The position numbers and the translations under genes were made by a program. Positions 45,116 through 55,225 of a stretch of 64,000 nt of DNA are shown here, one piece after another; the first letter of the stretch is position 1; each line of letters starts with the position of its first letter. The notes under the pieces were generated by a model. The model worked only from the letters and a program-made list of their open reading frames with translations, was not told the origin of the DNA and did no database searches. The DNA is from an uncultured Geobacteraceae bacterium (lineage in GTDB: Bacteria; Desulfobacterota; Desulfuromonadia; Geobacterales; Pseudopelobacteraceae): contig CAINRC010000058.1 of assembly GCA_903852495.1 (NCBI GenBank), positions 37,635 through 101,634 on the forward strand. Direction: 5' to 3'.

Positions 45116-45916
45116 CTACAACATCATTTCATCTTTAATTTCGTTGATTATTGTCGAATCGATCAGGGCCACATCGCTGCCATAGGCAACCAGCAGAGCA
45201 TTGGTAGCCAGAGAATTAATTTTCCTCGGTACACCACCGCTCAGCTCAAAGATGCGCTGTACAGCATCAGGTGTGAACAGACCGGGGGAGCCGCCGGCGG
45301 TTTCAAGCCGAAAATCCAGATATTCCATGATCTCAACCAGGGATAACGGCTTCAGGTGATAGTGCAGCGAAATGCGCTGCCGTAACGGTTCAAAACGGCT
45401 TGATGCAATCATGGGACGTAATTCCGGCTGTCCCATAATGACGACGCCGAGCAAATTGCTGTCATCAAGCTGAAAATTGGTCAGCAGCCTGATCTCATCA
45501 AAAACTTCGGCATCGGTGATCATCTGGGCTTCATCGACCACCAGAACCGGACAGATGTCCCGTTGGTTCAGGGCATATACAGCCGTCTGGATCTGGTCAA
45601 TGAGAATGTCTTTGGCATCTGCCGGCTGTTCCACGTCAAGAACCCTGGCGATGGTCCGCAGGAATTCCACCGCATTCAGGCGCGGATTGATGATATAGCA
45701 AAAACGGTAACGGGGCCCGAGACGATCCATGAGCGCCCGGGACAACGTCGTTTTCCCGCAGCCGATGTCCCCGGTCAAAACAGCCAGTTCCCGCTCTTCA
45801 ACGGCAAATTCAAGCCGGGTGAGCGCCTCCACATGGCCATGGCTCAAAAACAGAAAGCGGGGATCAGGGGTTTTACTGAACGGTTTTTCCCTAAGCCCAA
45901 AGTAGCGCTTGTACAT
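45116..45916 (-). CDS. Soluble ExeA/COG3267-type AAA ATPase encoded inside the che operon
   Basis: Start at MYKRYFGLREKPFSK (ATG 45914-45916, GGGAGG RBS overlapping the cheA stop). Walker A GDIGCGKT, Walker B LVVDEAQ. Paralogue of the ATPase domain of 10424-12094, but without the TM and PG-binding parts. Confidence 0.8.
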   Translation of the reverse strand: MYKRYFGLREKPFSKTPDPRFLFLSHGHVEALTRLEFAVEERELAVLTGDIGCGKTTLSRALMDRLGPRYRFCYIINPRLNAVEFLRTIARVLDVEQPADAKDILIDQIQTAVYALNQRDICPVLVVDEAQMITDAEVFDEIRLLTNFQLDDSNLLGVVIMGQPELRPMIASSRFEPLRQRISLHYHLKPLSLVEIMEYLDFRLETAGGSPGLFTPDAVQRIFELSGGVPRKINSLATNALLVAYGSDVALIDSTIINEIKDEMML

Positions 45917-45920
45917 ATTG

Positions 45921-47969
45921 TCAGCCTCCCAAATGCATGGAATCCTGCACGATTCCAACTATGTCCAGCACAAGAATAGTGCGCTGATCTCCCAGATCCG
46001 CAGCGCCAGACACTCCCCTGAACCGCCTGAACGTTTCGCCCAGCGGTTTGGTTACGATATCCTGCTGGCAGACCAGATCGTCAACAGCTATCCCGAGACG
46101 TTTTTCCGCCGCTCCCACAACCACAACATAAAACTCCTCCGGCCGATCGCCACTGCGCCGAAGGTCGAAATAGTGCTCAAGCCGCAACAACGGCAGTGTG
46201 GCGCCACGCAGCTGCACAACTTCAGTGCGCTCTACAGTTGTGACGTCGGTGTCCGTCATGATAACCGATTCAAGTACGGACGTGATCGGTAGCGCATAGA
46301 TCCTGCCGCAGCAACGGACAACGAGGGCCCTGATAATCGCCAGAGTAATCGGCAGGGTTAGTGTGAAGCGGGTTCCCTCCCCTTTTCTCGTCTCAATATC
46401 TACCCGCCCGGAAAGTGCCGAAATGTTGTTTTTCACCACATCCATGCCGACACCACGCCCGGAAAATTCGCTGACAGTTTCGTTGGTAGAAAATCCGGGA
46501 AGGAAAATATAATCAAGGGCATCCTGATCAGACACCGCATACACATCATTCACCAGCCCCGTTTGCAGGGCTCTTTCCCGTACCTTCGCGATATCGATGC
46601 CGCCGCCGTCATCCTCTATTTCGATAACAACGTGATTACCTTTTTGACGGGAAGAAATTCTGATGGTGCCTCTTTCTTTTTTCCCCAGTAACGCCCGTAC
46701 ACTCCCGGATTCAATGCCGTGGTCTATGGCGTTGCGAACGATATGCATCATCGGGTCGGACAGATCTTCAACAATCAGTTTGTCCAGTTCCGTATCGGCA
46801 CCGATAAATTTAAGATCAATCTGTTTGCCCTGTTCACGGGAAATTTTCCGGACGATCCTGGACATCTTTTCGTACAGCTGCCCGACCGGAACCATGCGGA
46901 TTTCCATGACCCCTTTCTGCAGATCAGCCAGCTTGCGTTCCAGCCCTTTAGCAGCCCTGCCGAGCTCGGAGGCGCTGCGCGAAGGGCCTTCGCTGCTTAT
47001 CCGGGCGGTAACATCAGCAATGGCAGAATTGGCAAGCACAAGATCACCGACAATATTCATCAGTTCATCCAGTTTGGCGATGTCAACGCGAACGGTTCTG
47101 CTCATGCTTTTTGCAGTGAGCTGCGTTTCATCGGGAGCTGGTGTCAGGAAGTCGGCACAAACGGGAGCTCTGTCATCTACAGCGGCGGCAGGAGCAGCCA
47201 GAGTAACTGCGGGGATAAGCAGGGAAACAGAAACATTTTCACGTTCAAGATCAGCCTGTAGTTCTTGATGGGAGCGAGTTGACCCAAAGAGAATTTCAAA
47301 ATCGATGGCGGTCTCAACATTCTCCCCGACGCCGGGCAGAGTACTGATAACTTCGCCACGCGCTTTCAGCAGAACCGTTATATCCGTCAGTTCGGTATCG
47401 AAGGTGTCAAGGGTGAGAGATGCGTGAACAGTGAAGAGTGCACGCCCTTTGGCAATATTGTCATTCAGGCGATGCTCTTCGTATTCCGTCAGTGCAGTAC
47501 GTATATGGGCAGGTAGCTCAGCAGCGCCGGGAGAAGCAGTACCGGCCTGATGTTCCGGCGGTGCAAGACAGGCATTGATTCTGGACACACACACAGCAAT
47601 TTCCTGCGTCATGTCTTTGTCTTCTCTTGAAGCAAGCGCTCTGACAGTAGCGGTCAATACCTCATGTGACAGGAACAGTACTGTTATGAGGTGTGGGGAA
47701 AGATTCAGTTTTCCGAGCCTCAATCGGTCTAGCAGGTTTTCCATATTATGCGCAAGTTCAGCGACACCGTCAAAATTGAACATGCCTGCCAACCCCTTTA
47801 GGGAATGGGCCCCCCGAAAGATGGAGTTGAGCAGATCTGGATCAAACTCACTACGCTCGGCAGCGTCTGCAAGATCAGCCAATTCGGAGCCGAGATGCTC
47901 GACAATCTCCTCAGCCTCAGCAAGGAAATCCTGAACAGCTTTTGTATGGGTAGCGGCCGGTTCACTCAT
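45921..47969 (-). CDS. cheA: Chemotaxis histidine kinase CheA
   Basis: 682 aa. Hpt FRGAHSLKG, HATPase (HIVRNAIDHGIE, DDGGGID, GRGVGMDVV), C-terminal CheW-like P5 domain. Confidence 0.95.
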   Translation of the reverse strand: MSEPAATHTKAVQDFLAEAEEIVEHLGSELADLADAAERSEFDPDLLNSIFRGAHSLKGLAGMFNFDGVAELAHNMENLLDRLRLGKLNLSPHLITVLFLSHEVLTATVRALASREDKDMTQEIAVCVSRINACLAPPEHQAGTASPGAAELPAHIRTALTEYEEHRLNDNIAKGRALFTVHASLTLDTFDTELTDITVLLKARGEVISTLPGVGENVETAIDFEILFGSTRSHQELQADLERENVSVSLLIPAVTLAAPAAAVDDRAPVCADFLTPAPDETQLTAKSMSRTVRVDIAKLDELMNIVGDLVLANSAIADVTARISSEGPSRSASELGRAAKGLERKLADLQKGVMEIRMVPVGQLYEKMSRIVRKISREQGKQIDLKFIGADTELDKLIVEDLSDPMMHIVRNAIDHGIESGSVRALLGKKERGTIRISSRQKGNHVVIEIEDDGGGIDIAKVRERALQTGLVNDVYAVSDQDALDYIFLPGFSTNETVSEFSGRGVGMDVVKNNISALSGRVDIETRKGEGTRFTLTLPITLAIIRALVVRCCGRIYALPITSVLESVIMTDTDVTTVERTEVVQLRGATLPLLRLEHYFDLRRSGDRPEEFYVVVVGAAEKRLGIAVDDLVCQQDIVTKPLGETFRRFRGVSGAADLGDQRTILVLDIVGIVQDSMHLGG

Positions 47970-48373
47970 GGCAAAAGTATCTCATGCCCCTGATGCGGAG
48001 TTGGATTCAAGTACCGATCAATCAAAATTCCCAGTGCGGCAGGAGAAAACGGCTTGGCCACGAACTCATTCACTCCGAGCTGTTTTCCTTTTTCGAGGTA
48101 TACAGCGCTCCCTTCCGAGGAAATGATGAAAACAGGGATGCTTTTATACAGTGGATTGGCGCGGACATAACTGATCAGCTCAAGTCCGTTGATGTGGGGC
48201 ATATTGATATCGGTCAGAATCAGGTCCACGTGACCCCGGGGGAGAAGGCGAAGCGCCTCGAAACCGCTGGAAGCCTCAACAATCTGATAATCGCCCAGTC
48301 CCTTGACAATGGTAGCCAGCATGGTGCGTATGATCGCAGAGTCATCGACAATCAAAATGGTTTTAGTACTCAC
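47966..48373 (-). CDS. cheY: Single-domain CheY-like response regulator
   Basis: 135 aa. ILIVDDS, LILTDINMPHINGLE, VAKPF. 4-nt overlap with cheA. Confidence 0.92.
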   Translation of the reverse strand: MSTKTILIVDDSAIIRTMLATIVKGLGDYQIVEASSGFEALRLLPRGHVDLILTDINMPHINGLELISYVRANPLYKSIPVFIISSEGSAVYLEKGKQLGVNEFVAKPFSPAALGILIDRYLNPTPHQGHEILLP

Positions 48374-48428
48374 CGGGCATACCTCCCAACTGCTGATATT
48401 CCATAAAATCCGGATTGCGCCTTGGAAC

Positions 48429-48463
48429 TATTAAAAGTCCCCCCGCCCTTTGCGGGAGGGGAA
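48429..48463 (-). terminator. Rho-independent terminator candidate after der (inside repeat copy B)
   Basis: Minus strand TTCCCCTCCCGCAAAGGGCGGGGGGA hairpin followed by CTTTTAAT. Confidence 0.55.
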
Positions 48464-48522
48464 GCTAACAGCAAAGTTTGGGCGGACATAACTGATAAAT
48501 ATTTGCTTTTACAGAGTACTAG
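48431..48522 (-). repeat. About 92-nt intergenic repeat, copy B (see 5097-5188)
   Basis: Same length as copy A and the same conserved blocks. Begins 12 nt after the der stop. Confidence 0.7.
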
Positions 48523-48534
48523 CGGCAGTACGTG

Positions 48535-49890
48535 CTATTTTGCCGGACGATCTGAACCCGCTTTACGAGAAGTGTCCGTCTTGTCTCTCCCCCGGAACAT
48601 AAGCCGCAGGGGTACACCATCAAAACCAAAAGCTTCGCGGAACTTGTTTATCAGATAGCGTTCGTACGAATAGTGAATATTCTCCGGCTGATTGGTGAAA
48701 ATAACAAAAGACGGGGGGCGTGTCGCAACCTGGGTAGCAAAGTAGAATTTTACCCGACGACCGTGAGACAGAGGGGCATGGTGAGCCTCAATGGCATCGG
48801 TAAACACATGGACGAGTTCCGAAGTGGTGACGCGGCGGCAATACTGCTCCATGACTTCATCAACGGTCGCGATGATCTTGCCGGTGCGCTGGCCGCTCGT
48901 GGCGGAAACACAGACAATCGGCGCATAGGCCAGATATTTGAAACCATCCCGTATTTTGGCGATGTAAACCCCGAGAGTGGTGTTGTCCTTCTCAAGCAGA
49001 TCCCACTTATTGATGACAAATACACACCCTTTGCCGGCTTCATGAATGTACCCGGCAATGCGCTCATCCTGCTCGGTCACCCCTTCTTCAGCATTGATCA
49101 CCATCAGGACTACATCAGCCCGCTCGATACTGCGCAGGGCATCACAGACACTGTATTTTTCAAGCTTTTCTGTGGTTTTCCCCTTGCGGCGGATACCGGC
49201 GGTATCAATCAACACATACGGTTTTTTGTTACAGCTGAACGGTGTGTCAACCGAGTCCCGGGTCGTTCCAGCGGTCGGGTTGGCCACAACCCGCTCAAAG
49301 CCAAGCAGCCGGTTGACGAGCGAGGATTTACCCACATTGGGGCGCCCCACCACAGCGATGCGGGTGATGTTTTCTTCCGTTTCTTCGACCGGGGAAGGTG
49401 GAAATACATCGAGAACGTGTTCGACCAGATCGATGACGCCCCGGTTATGTTCGGCAGAAATGGTGAACAGCTCCCCGATCCCGAGGGAATAGAATTCAGC
49501 CGATTCATTCTCCAGCTTTTCGCCGTCAACCTTGTTGACCACGAAAAAAACCGGTTTTTTGACGCGCCGCAACATTTCGGCCACCTCAATATCAGCCGGT
49601 GTCAAGCCGCTCCTGGCGTCCATCATGAAGATGATGACATCAGCCTCTTCGATGGCCAGTTTTGATTGCTCACGCATTTGCTGCAACAGGCGATCTTCAG
49701 TTACCGGTTCAAAACCGCCGGTATCAATAAGTATGAACGGCTTTTCAAAACGGGTAATGTTGGCGTAGTTCCGGTCGCGGGTAACGCCGGGGGTGTCATC
49801 GACAATCGCTCGGCGATGACCGAGGAGGCGGTTGAAGAGGGTGGATTTGCCCACATTGGGACGTCCGACAATAGCTACTAAAGGTTTCAT
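48535..49890 (-). CDS. der: Ribosome-associated GTPase Der (EngA)
   Basis: 451 aa. Two tandem G domains (GRPNVGKST twice; DTGG/DTAG; NKVD/NKWD) plus a KH-like C-terminus. Confidence 0.95.
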   Translation of the reverse strand: MKPLVAIVGRPNVGKSTLFNRLLGHRRAIVDDTPGVTRDRNYANITRFEKPFILIDTGGFEPVTEDRLLQQMREQSKLAIEEADVIIFMMDARSGLTPADIEVAEMLRRVKKPVFFVVNKVDGEKLENESAEFYSLGIGELFTISAEHNRGVIDLVEHVLDVFPPSPVEETEENITRIAVVGRPNVGKSSLVNRLLGFERVVANPTAGTTRDSVDTPFSCNKKPYVLIDTAGIRRKGKTTEKLEKYSVCDALRSIERADVVLMVINAEEGVTEQDERIAGYIHEAGKGCVFVINKWDLLEKDNTTLGVYIAKIRDGFKYLAYAPIVCVSATSGQRTGKIIATVDEVMEQYCRRVTTSELVHVFTDAIEAHHAPLSHGRRVKFYFATQVATRPPSFVIFTNQPENIHYSYERYLINKFREAFGFDGVPLRLMFRGRDKTDTSRKAGSDRPAK

Positions 49891-50777
49891 TCGTATCCCA
49901 GTTCTCTTAATTTAGACGGACGTTCGCTCCAGTTTTCAACCACTTTAACGAACAGTTCCAGGTATATCCTGGTGTCAAGCAGGCGCTCTATATCCTGTCG
50001 CGCCTGACTGCCGATTTTTTTCAGCATTTCACCTTTGGCGCCGATGATGATCCCCTTCTGGGTATCCCGTTCCAGCATAATGGCCGCAGAAATGGCGATC
50101 ACGCCATTTTCCCGCTCAATAAAACTTTCCACCACAACCGCTGTTGAATAGGGTACTTCGTCACGCGTCAGGCGGAAAACCTTTTCCCGGATCATCTCTG
50201 CCACAATAAACTTTTCCGGCATATCGGTCAGGATGTCATCGGGAAACATCGCATCCCCTTCCGGAAGATAGCCGCTGACCACCGCGACCAGATGATCAAC
50301 ACCGTCGTTACGCCCTGCTGATACGGGAATGATTTCTTTGAACGGGTAAAGAGCCGCCCAGTCGGATATTTTTTTCAACACCAGATTTTTGTCTGCCAGC
50401 AGATCAATCTTGTTGATAACTAGGACAACTGGAACAAAAACTTTTTTCAGGACGTCCTGAATAAAGTCAGGATCTGCAGAGGATGTTGCTTCAACAACGA
50501 GCAGCAACAGGTCGACGCCGCTGACGGCAGAACGGGCCGCGTCAACCATGCTTTTGTTCAGGCGGGAGCGCCCGCTGTGGATACCGGGGGTATCGATAAA
50601 GACAATCTGACCACCGGGAATATTGTGAATACCCTGAATCCGGTTGCGGGTCGTCTGCGGCTTATCGGAGGTAATGACAATCTTTTCACCGATAATACTG
50701 TTCAGAAGAGTTGACTTGCCCACATTGGGCCGGCCGATAATTGAAACGAAACCAGAAGTAAACTTGTTGTTTTTCAT
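49887..50777 (-). CDS. era: GTPase Era
   Basis: [20 protein letters not shown], and a KH-domain C-terminus. Start placed at [15 protein letters not shown] (50775-50777). The track start at 50819 would overlap glnS by 16 nt. ATGA overlap with der. Confidence 0.93.
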   Translation of the reverse strand: MKNNKFTSGFVSIIGRPNVGKSTLLNSIIGEKIVITSDKPQTTRNRIQGIHNIPGGQIVFIDTPGIHSGRSRLNKSMVDAARSAVSGVDLLLLVVEATSSADPDFIQDVLKKVFVPVVLVINKIDLLADKNLVLKKISDWAALYPFKEIIPVSAGRNDGVDHLVAVVSGYLPEGDAMFPDDILTDMPEKFIVAEMIREKVFRLTRDEVPYSTAVVVESFIERENGVIAISAAIMLERDTQKGIIIGAKGEMLKKIGSQARQDIERLLDTRIYLELFVKVVENWSERPSKLRELGYE

Positions 50778-50803
50778 TTTGTTATACACCAATCCTTCAT
50801 TAT

Positions 50804-52483
50804 TTACTTTTTGATCCATACATCACGCAGGGTGACGATGCGGTTGAATACTGGTGAACCGGGGCGTGAGTCCTTCGGGTCAGGCCGGAAATATCCCTGA
50901 CGCTCAAACTGGTAGCGGGTTTCGGTTTCCGCTCCCGCCAGAAACGCTTCCAGTTTGCAGTCAGACAGGGTTTCCACTGAGTGCGGATTGAGAAACTGCC
51001 GGTAATCTGCGCCCCCCCGGTCCGGGTTGGGATCGCTGAACAGACGGTCGAACAGCCGTACCTCGGCAGTAACGGCATGGGCGGCAGAAACCCAATGAAT
51101 AACTCCCTTGACCTTCCGGCCGTCTGCGGTATGTATTCCCTCGCGTGATGCGGGATCGTAGTCGCCATGCAGTTCCAAAACAGTGCCGTCATCATCCTTG
51201 ACGACTCCGGTGCAGGAGATAATGTAGCCACAGCGGAGCTTGACCTCACCGCCGACCGTCAGGCGGTGGAAGCCTTTGCTCGGCACCTCCATGAAGTCAT
51301 CGCTGTCGATCCACAGTTCACGGGAAAAGTTGATGGAGCGGCTTCCCATCTCCGGCTTCTGGGGGTGATTTGGAGCCTGAAACTGTTCGGTCTGACCTGC
51401 CGGATAATTATCAATTACCAGTTTTATGGGGCGCAGCACCGCCATGGCCCGGGGAGCCGCATCGTTCAGGTCAGCACGGACACACTCCTCCAGAATGGCA
51501 ACATCAATCCACGAATCACTCCGGCCGACTCCAATCATCTCGCAAAACGCCCGCACCGCTTCCGGCGTGTAGCCGCGCCGTCTGATGCCGGCCAGTGTCG
51601 GCATGCGGGGATCGTCCCAACCGCTGACAATGCCAAGCTGCACCAGTTCCTGCAGCTTCCGCTTGCTCATCACTGTGTAGGTAAGGTTCAACCGGGCAAA
51701 TTCATATTGCCGTGGACGCGCAGGAACCGGCAGATTATCCAGAAACCATTCATACAGCGGCTTGTGGGACTCAAATTCCAGCGTGCAGATGGAGTGGGTT
51801 ATCTGCTCTATGGCATCAGTCTGCCCATGGGCAAAGTCGTACATGGGGTAGATTTTCCAGGCATCGCCCACGTGCGGATGGGGGGCGTGGATAATGCGGT
51901 ACAGTACCGGATCACGCAGATTGATGTTCGGCGCTGCCATGTCAATTTTTGCGCGCAGAACGCGGGAGCCATCGGGAAATTCCCCGGCACGCATACGGCC
52001 AAACAGATCAAGGTTTTCTTCAACGGAACGGGTACGGTACGGGCTTTCAGTCCCCGCTTCCGTCAGAGTACCCCGATAGGCCCGGATCTGCTCGGCATTC
52101 AGGTCCTCAACGTACGCTTTCCCCTGCTCAATCAGATACACCGCCCAGCGGTACAGCTGCTCAAAGTTGTCAGAGGCATAGTGCAGGTGCTCACCCCAGT
52201 CAAAACCGAGCCAGCGGACGTTTTCCTTGATGGAGTCGATGTATTCCTGTTCTTCCTTGGCCGGGTTCGTATCATCAAAGCGGAGGTGACAGCGCCCGCC
52301 GAAATCACGCGCCAGGCCGAAATTGATGCAGATCGACTTGGCGTGTCCGATATGCAGATAGCCGTTCGGTTCCGGTGGAAAACGGGTCACGATGCCGCTG
52401 TGCTTGCCGCTCTTAAGATCCTCATCAATAATTGTGCGGAGAAAATTATTACTGCCGGGTGCAGCCTGTTCAACATTGGTCAT
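50804..52483 (-). CDS. glnS: Glutamine--tRNA ligase
   Basis: 559 aa. [17 protein letters not shown] (HIGH) and VMSKRKL (KMSKS), with a GlnRS-type anticodon-binding C-terminus. Confidence 0.95.
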   Translation of the reverse strand: MTNVEQAAPGSNNFLRTIIDEDLKSGKHSGIVTRFPPEPNGYLHIGHAKSICINFGLARDFGGRCHLRFDDTNPAKEEQEYIDSIKENVRWLGFDWGEHLHYASDNFEQLYRWAVYLIEQGKAYVEDLNAEQIRAYRGTLTEAGTESPYRTRSVEENLDLFGRMRAGEFPDGSRVLRAKIDMAAPNINLRDPVLYRIIHAPHPHVGDAWKIYPMYDFAHGQTDAIEQITHSICTLEFESHKPLYEWFLDNLPVPARPRQYEFARLNLTYTVMSKRKLQELVQLGIVSGWDDPRMPTLAGIRRRGYTPEAVRAFCEMIGVGRSDSWIDVAILEECVRADLNDAAPRAMAVLRPIKLVIDNYPAGQTEQFQAPNHPQKPEMGSRSINFSRELWIDSDDFMEVPSKGFHRLTVGGEVKLRCGYIISCTGVVKDDDGTVLELHGDYDPASREGIHTADGRKVKGVIHWVSAAHAVTAEVRLFDRLFSDPNPDRGGADYRQFLNPHSVETLSDCKLEAFLAGAETETRYQFERQGYFRPDPKDSRPGSPVFNRIVTLRDVWIKK

Positions 52484-52504
52484 GATAACCCCTTGAAATT
52501 ATGA

Positions 52505-53818
52505 TCACAACTCGCCCAGAAGCGAGTTAGGGTATGCCTTGGTAATTCTGACGTCCACAAACCTTCCGATCAGTGAACTGTCGCCGCTGAAGTTGACAAT
52601 GCGGCCGATGTCACCCTTGCCGGACACCTGCCCCGGAAGTTTCCCCTCACCTTCAACCAGAACGGACATTGTGCTGCCGATATACGTGTGGCTGATTTCA
52701 CGGGTAATGCGCCGTTGAAGGTCCATCAAACGATCGAGGCGCGCCATTTTTTCGGCTCGCGGCAGGTCATCTGCCAGATCTGCCGCCCTGGTGCCGGGAC
52801 GCGGCGAATAGACAAAGGAAAACAGGTCGATGTAGCGCACCTCCTCCATCAGAGAAAGGGTCTGTTCAAAATCGGCGGGACTCTCGCCCGGAAAACCGAC
52901 GATGATATCACCGGTAAACACCATATCGGGACGGATCGCCCTGAGCTTGTGCACCTTATCCAGGTAAGAATCGCGGGTATAACCGCGCCCCATCGCCTTC
53001 AAAACAGAATCGCTGCCGGACTGGGCCGGCAGATGCATCTGTCCGCTCAGCTTCGGTACATCCCCAAAACAGGCAATCAGTTCATCGGACATGTCTTTCG
53101 GGTGCGACGTGGTAAAACGGATGCGCTGAATCCCGTCAACATCCGCCACCTGGCGGATCAAGTCGGCAAAGGTAGGTTCGTTATCGCTTTTCAAACCGTA
53201 GGAGTTGACGTTCTGACCAAGCAGGATAACCTCCCTGACCCCCTCATGGGCAAGTTGTCTGACTTCATGGAGAATATCCGCCGAACGACGGCTGATCTCG
53301 CGCCCGCGCACAAAGGGAACGATGCAGTACGAGCAGAAGTTGTCGCACCCCTGCATGACCGTGACAAAGCGCGACAGGCGTGATTCGCCCTTTATGGAGG
53401 GAAACAGATCCAGGCGCTGATCGTTATCAATGAACGTTGTTTCGGAACGACGCTCGCCCCGTTCTGCCCCCCGCACCATATCCGGGAGCAGATGAAGGTT
53501 GTGGGTACCGATCACCAGATCGAGATACGGAAGCTTGCGCAGCAGTTCCTCTCCCTCCTGCTGGGCCACACAGCCGCCTACCGCAATAATCTGCTGCTTG
53601 CCGTCCCGCTTGTAGATACGCAGATTGGCCAGCCGCCGGTACACTTTTTCTTCCGCGCCGCCCCTCACACTGCAGGTATTGAGCAGGATCATGTCGGCTG
53701 CAGAGGGTTCGTTCGTCGGAGCGTAGCCAAGATCGGCCAGCATGGAGACAATCCGTTCCGAATCGTTCACATTCATCTGGCAGCCAAATGTTTCTATGTA
53801 AAGGAGTTTATCTAACAT
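52505..53818 (-). CDS. miaB: tRNA-i6A37 methylthiotransferase
   Basis: Start at MLDKLLYIETFGCQMN. UPF0004 domain, radical SAM CDNFCSYCIVP, TRAM C-terminus. Confidence 0.93.
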   Translation of the reverse strand: MLDKLLYIETFGCQMNVNDSERIVSMLADLGYAPTNEPSAADMILLNTCSVRGGAEEKVYRRLANLRIYKRDGKQQIIAVGGCVAQQEGEELLRKLPYLDLVIGTHNLHLLPDMVRGAERGERRSETTFIDNDQRLDLFPSIKGESRLSRFVTVMQGCDNFCSYCIVPFVRGREISRRSADILHEVRQLAHEGVREVILLGQNVNSYGLKSDNEPTFADLIRQVADVDGIQRIRFTTSHPKDMSDELIACFGDVPKLSGQMHLPAQSGSDSVLKAMGRGYTRDSYLDKVHKLRAIRPDMVFTGDIIVGFPGESPADFEQTLSLMEEVRYIDLFSFVYSPRPGTRAADLADDLPRAEKMARLDRLMDLQRRITREISHTYIGSTMSVLVEGEGKLPGQVSGKGDIGRIVNFSGDSSLIGRFVDVRITKAYPNSLLGEL

Positions 53819-53980
53819 GGTCGATCGGTTTTTATACGCGACGGAAGCCGGTAAAGTCAATTGAATTGGCTCATTTTACGGTATAATTCGTGCTGTGTCG
53901 GTTTGATCCGTACCTTGACAAACCGCCCGTTCGGAACGTATTCTCCGCACATACATTTTTACAAACAGGACGGGGACCGG

Positions 53981-54667
53981 ATGGTAATAGACTGGAACGA
54001 CATAGACACCGTCCTTCTCGACATGGACGGCACAATTCTCGATCGTCATTTTGATGATCATTTCTGGCTGGAGCATGTGCCGAAACGGTGGAGTCAGCAG
54101 AATCACACAACACTAGAGCAAGCCAAGGAGCATCTGTACCGGCTGTTCCGCAGTCAGGAGAACACACTCAACTGGACTGACCTTGATTACTGGTCAGATC
54201 GCCTCAAACTCGACATTCCGGTGCTTAAGCAGGAAGTTGAGCATCTGATAGCCGTACATCCCCATGTTATCGAATTTCTGCTGTTTGCGAAATATGCCGG
54301 TAAAGCGGTCTGGTTGGTGACCAACGCCCATTCCAAAACCCTTGACTTAAAGATGAAAAACACTCGCATCGGTCCGTATTTTGACGGGACCATCTCTGCA
54401 CACCAGGTCGGTCTGCCGAAAGAGGACGTGCGCTTCTGGGGAAAACTGCAGAAATTTATTACCTACGATCCGGAGCGGACCCTGCTGGGAGAAGATAGTG
54501 AAACCAACCTGAAAACGGCACAAACATTTTTAATCCGCTATCTGGTCTACATCAGCCGCTACAGTTCCAGAATTGAACCGCGCAGCTCCAATCATTTTCC
54601 CACAATAGACTACTTCAACAGACTGATCCCGGAGAAAGGGAGCAGCTGCATAACGATCCCATCCTGA
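53981..54667 (+). CDS. yrfG: HAD-superfamily GMP/IMP nucleotidase-like hydrolase
   Basis: Start at MVIDWNDIDTVLLDMDGTILD. Collinear with E. coli YrfG (NTLNWTDLDYWS, LVTNAH, GLPKED). The ORF-track N-terminal extension has no homology. Confidence 0.8.
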   Translation: MVIDWNDIDTVLLDMDGTILDRHFDDHFWLEHVPKRWSQQNHTTLEQAKEHLYRLFRSQENTLNWTDLDYWSDRLKLDIPVLKQEVEHLIAVHPHVIEFLLFAKYAGKAVWLVTNAHSKTLDLKMKNTRIGPYFDGTISAHQVGLPKEDVRFWGKLQKFITYDPERTLLGEDSETNLKTAQTFLIRYLVYISRYSSRIEPRSSNHFPTIDYFNRLIPEKGSSCITIPS

Positions 54668-54677
54668 CTCTTCAAAC

Positions 54678-54718
54678 AAACAGGCGACCGGCCGCACTGT
54701 GCGCGCCGATCGCCTGTT
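54678..54718. terminator. Bidirectional terminator hairpin between the HAD gene and the ytxH-like gene
   Basis: AAACAGGCGA-N21-TCGCCTGTTT: a 10-bp perfect stem with T/A runs included in both orientations. Confidence 0.55.
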
Positions 54719-54742
54719 TTAATCCCCGTAACAAGAACATAC

Positions 54743-55084
54743 TTACATTCTGCGCAACAAGGTCCTGAACTTTTCGAGTTTTGCAGCACCTTCTTCAATC
54801 AACTGAATCAGGTCTTTACGGGCTCCGCCCGCAACATCCTTCCCCTTTTCCAGTAAATCGTCGGTCTTTTCGCCAATTGTTTCAACAAGGTTTGACACGT
54901 TTGACGCAAGATCATCAACAACTTCATCGGCCCGGTGACGGACTTTTTTAGAATAACGGAGAATATCTTTCCGTGTACTGCTTCCCGATTGAGGGGCAAA
55001 CAGCAGTGCCAGTCCGGCCCCGATAACTCCACCGGCAAATACCAGTAACGCTGCGGCGGCAATTTTCTTATCTCTTTCCTCCAT
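54743..55084 (-). CDS. YtxH-domain membrane-anchored protein
   Basis: Start at MEERDKK (AAAGGAGG RBS). One N-terminal TM segment (AAALLVFAGGVIGAGLALLFAPQSG), then a charged helical region typical of YtxH. Confidence 0.7.
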   Translation of the reverse strand: MEERDKKIAAAALLVFAGGVIGAGLALLFAPQSGSSTRKDILRYSKKVRHRADEVVDDLASNVSNLVETIGEKTDDLLEKGKDVAGGARKDLIQLIEEGAAKLEKFRTLLRRM

Positions 55085-55225
55085 ACACAGCCTCCTTTTG
55101 AATGTAGTTATTAGCATCATACCGGAAACTGACTGTATGGCAAGCCCCTTGCCGCTTTATTTTTCTGTATGACCCATGGTATAAGCTTGAGCAAAGTTAT
55201 CGTAAATACTAACAAGGACACCCAC

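Noticed and set aside
48673-49665. 330-aa plus-strand ORF
   Set aside because: It is antisense to der (two canonical G domains). No motifs, so a shadow ORF.
51167-52504. 445-aa plus-strand ORF
   Set aside because: It is entirely antisense to glnS, which has HIGH and KMSKS motifs. No recognisable domain, so a shadow ORF.
55140-55170. GGCAAGCCCCTTGCC hairpin followed by a T-rich run upstream of the oxidoreductase gene
   Set aside because: No plus-strand gene ends upstream of it. It is a short 6-bp stem and could be chance or an attenuator. Evidence is insufficient.
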